Shown here in pieces: positions 6,939 through 15,862 of a stretch of 15,862 nt of DNA. The stretch covers positions 1 through 15,862 of the forward strand of contig JBKJLC010000009.1 in the NCBI GenBank assembly GCA_046597055.1, written 5' to 3'. The translations under genes were made by a program, and so were the position numbers. Position 1 is the stretch's first letter. Each line of letters starts with the position of its first letter. The stretch is from Kofleriaceae bacterium. Its GTDB lineage: Bacteria > Myxococcota_A > Polyangia > Haliangiales > Haliangiaceae. Under the pieces are notes generated by a model. It worked only from the letters and a program-made list of their open reading frames with translations. It made no database searches and was not told the origin of the DNA.

Positions 6939-8212
6939 GACAGGTAGCCCCCGCCGGTCTCGACATCCTGGCGTCCAGCCATGAACGCGGCGGCGGCCGC
7001 GTCGTCGCGCGCCGACACCCCGCCGGGGTCGACGATGATCACCTCGGGGTGCTGGTCGTACCAGGCGCGGGTCCGCGCCAGCGTCCGCGGCGGCGGCTGC
7101 CGGGTCAGGTGCAGCCACCACATCGCCCAGTCGGCGTTCAGATCGAAGCCGTCGTAGTTGCGGGCCGCCACCAGCGTGTCGAGGCGCTTTTCGATCTTGT
7201 CAGCCTCCGCCAGCAGCGCCGGCGCGCGCGCGGTCAGCGGGTCGTTCAGGTCGGAGGCCGGCAGGCTGCGGCCGCGATCGATGCGACCGAGCCGGCGGTC
7301 GTACTTGGCGAGCCGCTCGGTGAAGCGCTGGATGATCGGCGGCAGCCCGACGTCGAGCAGCTCCTGCACGAAGGCACGCTTGGCCCGCGCCCCGTGCACC
7401 GGTCGCAGCGCGGCCAGCACCGCGGGCTCGCTGGCCGCCCACTGCGCGAGCAGGCCGAGATCCGCCAGCGCCAGGTGCTCGGCGAGGAAGCCCTGGGCAT
7501 CGGCCAGGTAGATCGCGTCGAGGTTGTCGCGGCGGTACACCGCGGCGTCGTGGCGGCGGACCAGGTCGTGGACCGCGTCGATCTCGGCGGTCAGCCGCGT
7601 GACCTCGGCCCGCAGCAGATCGCGGGGGGCTGCCACCTCGCGGTAGCGCGGCAGCACGTCATCGCCGAAGTCGCCGAGGTCGAGCGCGCGACAGATCCGA
7701 TCCCCGGCCGACCACAGCTTCCAGTACTCGGCGCGGTACCACGGCACGTCGAAGCTCGGCGTGTCGTAACCGAGCTCGATCAGCCGCAGGAAGCCGTCCT
7801 GGCTCTCGAACGCGTCGCACGCGCGCTGCTGCGGCGCCAGCGCGCCCTCGGCGCCGGCCAGGGCCAGGGCCAGCTCGCCACCGTCGCCGACCAGACGGGC
7901 CCGATCGACGTGGCGGGGATCGGCGCGCAGCTGCGTGACCGAGGTCTCGAGCACGTGGCGCTCGTGCTCGCGCGCGCGCAGCGGATCGCGGCGCTCGAAG
8001 CCCTTGAAGCCGGCCAGCGCCGCGGCTCGGCGCAGCGCCGCCTCGTCGAGCGACGGCAGGTAGCTCGCGGCCAGGGCCAGGGTCACCGCGCCGAGCTCGC
8101 GGTCGATCTGGGTCGCGGCCTCGCGGGCGCGCGCGGTCACCGCCAGGTACCGGGTCCGGACCGCCTCGGCGGTCTGGCGGAAGTCGAGGATCTGCTGCCG
8201 CTGGGACGCCAC
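6935..8212 (-). CDS. Hypothetical all-helical / coiled-coil protein, 425 aa, first gene of the radical SAM operon
   Basis: Long ORF with GC-rich third positions and A/L/R/E/D-rich helical composition. It contains an aromatic island LIELGYDTPSFDVPWYRAEYWKLW, and its stop overlaps the GT start. No family recognised. Confidence 0.8.
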   Translation of the reverse strand: MASQRQQILDFRQTAEAVRTRYLAVTARAREAATQIDRELGAVTLALAASYLPSLDEAALRRAAALAGFKGFERRDPLRAREHERHVLETSVTQLRADPRHVDRARLVGDGGELALALAGAEGALAPQQRACDAFESQDGFLRLIELGYDTPSFDVPWYRAEYWKLWSAGDRICRALDLGDFGDDVLPRYREVAAPRDLLRAEVTRLTAEIDAVHDLVRRHDAAVYRRDNLDAIYLADAQGFLAEHLALADLGLLAQWAASEPAVLAALRPVHGARAKRAFVQELLDVGLPPIIQRFTERLAKYDRRLGRIDRGRSLPASDLNDPLTARAPALLAEADKIEKRLDTLVAARNYDGFDLNADWAMWWLHLTRQPPPRTLARTRAWYDQHPEVIIVDPGGVSARDDAAAAAFMAGRQDVETGGGYLS

Positions 8213-8222
8213 GGCGCCGATC

Positions 8223-8225
<3 letters not shown>
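8213..8225 (-). promoter_or_regulatory. Putative -10 element of a leaderless promoter for the radical SAM operon
   Basis: TAGGAT (8225-8220) + 7 nt + GTG (8212), with no SD. The TAG doubles as the stop of the kinase fragment. Confidence 0.45.
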
Positions 8226-8666
<441 letters not shown>

Positions 8667-8884
8667 GCGAGCTGGACCACCACGCCGCGCAGCTCGACCG
8701 CGGGCGCCACCGGCCGCTCGGGTCGGTCGAGCGCCGCCTCCAGCAGCAGCGTGAAGCCACCGGCCTCGTCGGCGAGGTCGGCCTCCGCGTGCGTCTGCGC
8801 GACCGCGAGCCGTCCGGCTTCGGCCGCAGAGATACCGTCGGCGACCATCACGGCCGCCGCCACGAGCAGCAGTCCCCCACGCAT
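8667..8884 (-). pseudogene. N-terminal fragment of a probable exported or membrane protein, cut off at the junction with the kinase fragment
   Basis: ATG 8884 gives MRGGLLLVAAAVMVADGISAAEAGRLAV...ELRGVVVQLA, with a hydrophobic signal-like start and coding-type codon usage to 8667. After that it only shadows the kinase frame until the stop at 8597. Confidence 0.55.
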
Positions 8885-8896
8885 CGCTCGATGGTA
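8885..8896 (-). promoter_or_regulatory. Putative -10 element of a leaderless promoter
   Basis: TACCAT (8896-8891) + 6 nt + ATG (8884), with no SD. Confidence 0.45.
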
Positions 8897-8931
8897 CCCG
8901 TGGACGCGCCCGGGCGGGCGCCGCCGGCGCG

Positions 8932-9354
8932 CTACTTGACCGGCTTGGCCGGCTCGGCCCTGGGGCCGGACGGCGGCGGCGTGGTGACCGGCTTGCCCGC
9001 GACCACGCCCTCCATGAAGGAGCGGCCTTCGAAGATCACGCCCTTCTCGATCTGCAGCGACGGCGTGTGCAGGTCGCCCTTGACCCGCCCCGGCGCCAGC
9101 ACCTCGATGCTGCGCTTGGCGCGGATGTTCCCGACCACGGTGCCCTGGATGATCACCTCACCGATGTCGATCTCGGCCTCCACGTAGGCGCCCTCGCCGA
9201 TGATGAGGATGTCGTCGGAGAACACCTCGCCCTTGAGCTTGCCGTCCACGCGGACGGTGCCCTCGAAGGTGAGCTTGCCCTCGAACGCGGTGCCGCGACC
9301 GAGGAGCGTGTTGATCTCGCTGACGATGCCTTCGCGCCGAGCCGGTGCCGTCAT
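8932..9354 (-). CDS. bacM: Bactofilin (polymer-forming cytoskeletal protein, BacM-like), 140 aa
   Basis: EINTLLGRGTAFEGKLTFEGTVRVDGKLKGEV...LIIGEGAYVEAEI...VIIQGTVVGNIRA...GRVKGDLHTPSLQIEKGVIFEG is the bactofilin beta-helix. With the Pro-rich C-tail it closely resembles Myxococcus BacM, as recalled. Confidence 0.93.
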   Translation of the reverse strand: MTAPARREGIVSEINTLLGRGTAFEGKLTFEGTVRVDGKLKGEVFSDDILIIGEGAYVEAEIDIGEVIIQGTVVGNIRAKRSIEVLAPGRVKGDLHTPSLQIEKGVIFEGRSFMEGVVAGKPVTTPPPSGPRAEPAKPVK

Positions 9355-9367
9355 GAACCGGACGCTA
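9355..9367 (-). promoter_or_regulatory. Putative -10 element of a leaderless promoter for bactofilin
   Basis: TAGCGT (9367-9362) + 7 nt + ATG (9354), filling the whole 13-nt intergenic gap; no SD. Confidence 0.35.
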
Positions 9368-12346
<2,979 letters not shown>

Positions 12347-12353
12347 GGCGCGG

Positions 12354-13424
<1,071 letters not shown>

Positions 13425-13433
13425 CCGAGGGGG

Positions 13434-13453
13434 CCAGATGTGTCACCATCTGG
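13434..13453. promoter_or_regulatory. Perfect inverted repeat, putative operator between divergent signalling genes
   Basis: CCAGATG-TGTCAC-CATCTGG (7-6-7), ending 3 nt before the GTG at 13457. Confidence 0.45.
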
Positions 13454-13456
13454 ATC

Positions 13457-13870
13457 GTGGCTGACGGGACACCAGCCAAGCCCCAGCTCCTGGTCGTCGA
13501 CGACGAACCCGACATGCTCGACTTCATCGAGCGTGTCACCCGTCGACGTTATGACGTGACCCGATGTGCGAACGGGGAGGATGCCCTCGTCCTGCTGGGC
13601 CAGCGGGAGTTCGACGTCCTCATCACGGACCACAAGATGCCCCGGCTGACCGGGCTCGAGCTGCTCGAGCGCCTGGGCGACCGCCACCCTCGGATGGTGC
13701 GGGTGCTCCTGTCCGGCTACACCGACGTTCCCGAGGTCCGCCGGGCCGCGGCCACCGGCCGCGTCCACCACTACGTGGTCAAGCCGGTCGACTCGCGCGC
13801 GCTGATCGCCGGGATCGAGCACGCGTGCGAGGTGCACCAGGGTCGGGCCACCTACAGCGACGATCAGTAG
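13457..13870 (+). CDS. Single-domain response regulator (receiver), 137 aa
   Basis: LLVVDDEP acidic pocket, DVLITDHKMPRLTGLEL phospho-Asp, VLLSGY and YVVKP are all intact. Confidence 0.95.
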   Translation: MADGTPAKPQLLVVDDEPDMLDFIERVTRRRYDVTRCANGEDALVLLGQREFDVLITDHKMPRLTGLELLERLGDRHPRMVRVLLSGYTDVPEVRRAAATGRVHHYVVKPVDSRALIAGIEHACEVHQGRATYSDDQ

Positions 13871-13887
13871 CCCGCTCCCGGAGCCGC

Positions 13888-15862
13888 TCAGTAGGTGTAC
13901 TGCGCCGACAGGTACCCGTGGACGTCCTCCCACGGGTTGGGCTGGAACTCGAGGCGCGGCTCGTGGTCGTAGAACGTGTCGGGCTGGTAGTAGCGGGCGT
14001 TGAACGCGTTGAACACGGTGGCGCGCACGGTCAGCCTGGCGGTCGGCATGTAGGCCATGCCAAAGCTGAGGTCGGCCGCCGCCGGCAGGCGGTCCATCGT
14101 GAGCTGGGTGGCGTAGCTGCGCAGCGGGGTCGCCTGCATGGTCGTGGTGTTGATCACCGAGCCGCGCGGGTAGCTCGCCGGGCACCCGCCGGGGAGCTGC
14201 TCGCAGTAGATGAAGTCCCGGTGCTCGATCAGCCGGTTCGGGTCCTCCATCGCGCCGACCACGCGCAGATCGGTGAACGCGGTCAGCTTTTCGTCCATCA
14301 GGTTGTAGACGCCGGCCAGGTGGAACATGTGCTCGGGCATGCTCCTGTGGACGCCCTTGTCGCGCGTGTTGAGCCGGGTGAACGTGTAGGCGAGCTCGAG
14401 GCGGTGGCCACCCTGGATGTACAGCTTGGCCAGCCCCTCGGCCGAGTGAATCCCGCGGTCGGCGCTGTTCACGAACTTGGCGCGGTTGAGCTGGATGAGC
14501 TTCTCGAGGCGCGTGTACGAGTAGTCGAGGCGGAACGACAGCTCGCGGATGCGACGGTCGCCCTTGAACAGACGGGCGTTGACCTCGGCCTGGGCCGCGT
14601 CGGAGGTCTCGACCGAGAGGTCGGGCGAGCCGACGAGCGTCACGCTCTCGCCATTGGACCGCAGGTTGAGGAAGGTCGGCGGCCGGAAGCCCTGGGCGAA
14701 GTTGAGCTTGAGGTACCACTTCGGGATGAAGTTCCACACCGCGGTGGCCGAGAACAGCGGGGTCAGCGGATAGCCCAGGGTGCCGAGCGCCTCGGGCGAC
14801 GCCTGGAGCCGGGCGCCGGCATCGAGGATCAGCTGCTTGGTCGGCCGCCACTGCGGGTTGACGTAGATGCCACCGACCGAGCGGGTTGACGGAAATACGA
14901 ACGTCAGCGGGCACCGGTCGATGATCCGGACGTCGTCGCGCGCCTCGGTGGTCGGATCCGGCTCGCGCGGGCACGGCAGCGGCAGGCGATCGAGGCGATA
15001 CGGGGCGATCATCTCCGACTGGATGCCGTCGCCCTGCCGGGACCCGTCGACGTCGTTGAGCGCGAACTCGTGGAACGCCTCGGCGCCGTAGCTGACCCGG
15101 AGATCGCCGGGTAGCGAGAGGTCCCCGTCGAACGCGCTGCCGACCCGGTAGGACGTGTTGTCGGTCTGCAGCGCCAGGCCGCCCTCGAGCAGCACCGGCA
15201 CCGGCGCCGTGATGCCGACGTGCTTCTGGTTGCGCACGAACTGCTGGCCGTACACCTTGAGGCCGATGCCGGCCTTGCCGCCGGCGGCCCGGGTCCGCAC
15301 CTCGGCCACCGCGTACCGGTCCGAGTTGTCGAGCCGGTTGTCACGCGCGCGCCGGCCGCGGTCGAGACACCGATCGGTTTCGTCGTACGCCACGTCCGGG
15401 GTGCACGCCGGATCGTCATCCTCGGACAGATCCTTGCGGGTGACGGACCCGGCGAAGCCCAGCGGCAGGTGGCGCTCGACGAACGGCGCGTAGACCCGGA
15501 CCTGCAGCTTGCCGTAGGTCACCTTGGCGAACAGGTTCAGGATGTAGCTCTGCGGCGGGTCGGCCTGGGTCAGGGGGCCGAAGAAGTCGGGCGAGTTGGG
15601 CTGGGGCGGCGGCGCCGTGTACATCATCAGCGGCATCTCGAAGCCCGGGCCCCGGTAGCTCTCGAACGAGGTGTGGACCAGCAGCTTGACCTTGCCGTCG
15701 AGCAGATCGGGCAGGCCGGCCATGACGAAGACCCGCGCGTTCCGACGATCGCCGTTGCCGTCGCCGAGCTGGCCACCCGCCTCGACACCATCGACGTCCT
15801 CGGCGTCCTTGGTGATGATGTTGACCACGCCGAGCAGCGAGTTCGAGCCCCACAGCACGCCG
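13888..15862 (-). CDS. TonB-dependent outer-membrane receptor (5' end outside the window)
   Basis: Plug-end motif GVLWGSNSLLGVVNIITK, barrel motifs LDAGAR, LKLNFAQGFRPP, PDLSVETS and VFNAFNARY, and an amphipathic terminal strand GYLSAQYTY ending in an aromatic residue. Confidence 0.92.
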   Translation of the reverse strand, partial: GVLWGSNSLLGVVNIITKDAEDVDGVEAGGQLGDGNGDRRNARVFVMAGLPDLLDGKVKLLVHTSFESYRGPGFEMPLMMYTAPPPQPNSPDFFGPLTQADPPQSYILNLFAKVTYGKLQVRVYAPFVERHLPLGFAGSVTRKDLSEDDDPACTPDVAYDETDRCLDRGRRARDNRLDNSDRYAVAEVRTRAAGGKAGIGLKVYGQQFVRNQKHVGITAPVPVLLEGGLALQTDNTSYRVGSAFDGDLSLPGDLRVSYGAEAFHEFALNDVDGSRQGDGIQSEMIAPYRLDRLPLPCPREPDPTTEARDDVRIIDRCPLTFVFPSTRSVGGIYVNPQWRPTKQLILDAGARLQASPEALGTLGYPLTPLFSATAVWNFIPKWYLKLNFAQGFRPPTFLNLRSNGESVTLVGSPDLSVETSDAAQAEVNARLFKGDRRIRELSFRLDYSYTRLEKLIQLNRAKFVNSADRGIHSAEGLAKLYIQGGHRLELAYTFTRLNTRDKGVHRSMPEHMFHLAGVYNLMDEKLTAFTDLRVVGAMEDPNRLIEHRDFIYCEQLPGGCPASYPRGSVINTTTMQATPLRSYATQLTMDRLPAAADLSFGMAYMPTARLTVRATVFNAFNARYYQPDTFYDHEPRLEFQPNPWEDVHGYLSAQYTY

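Noticed and set aside
2421..7121. Long Arg-rich N-terminal extensions of the track ORFs 2421..4109, 3272..4390, 4138..5811 and 5304..7121
   Set aside because: These are off-frame read-through of the upstream genes in GC-rich DNA. The true starts are at the stop/start overlaps (3275, 4138/4141, 5307, 6938).
13871..13887. GCTC-CCG-GAGC mini-hairpin between convergent stops as a terminator
   Set aside because: The stem is only 4 bp with no U-tract, which is expected by chance at this GC content.

Overview
A very GC-rich, gene-dense window. Its gene content (BacM-like bactofilin, PEGA-domain Ser/Thr kinase, receiver-HATPase protein, TonB-dependent receptor) suggests Myxococcota; this is an inference. 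In order along the window: (1) the 5' part of an addiction-module antitoxin gene (minus strand, 146 to <1, not in the ORF track), directly abutting (2) an apparently 5'-truncated four-FN3-domain gene (+). (3) A six-gene, fully translationally coupled minus-strand operon (8212 to 1888): an unknown helical 425-aa protein, a GT-B/MurG-like glycosyltransferase with an extra C-terminal domain, a radical SAM/Twitch-SPASM enzyme, two paralogous radical SAM enzymes with a shared C...C...Cx4CxC tail, and a small membrane-anchored protein. (4) A broken locus where an exported-protein N-terminus joins out of frame to a kinase C-lobe. (5) Bactofilin. (6) A Ser/Thr kinase with a 30-bp tandem repeat, a TM helix and two PEGA domains. 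(7) A pseudo-receiver/HATPase gene divergent from a single-domain response regulator. (8) The 3' part of a TonB-dependent receptor. The triple radical SAM plus glycosyltransferase operon is the best candidate for an undescribed system. I ran no database searches, so novelty is unverified.
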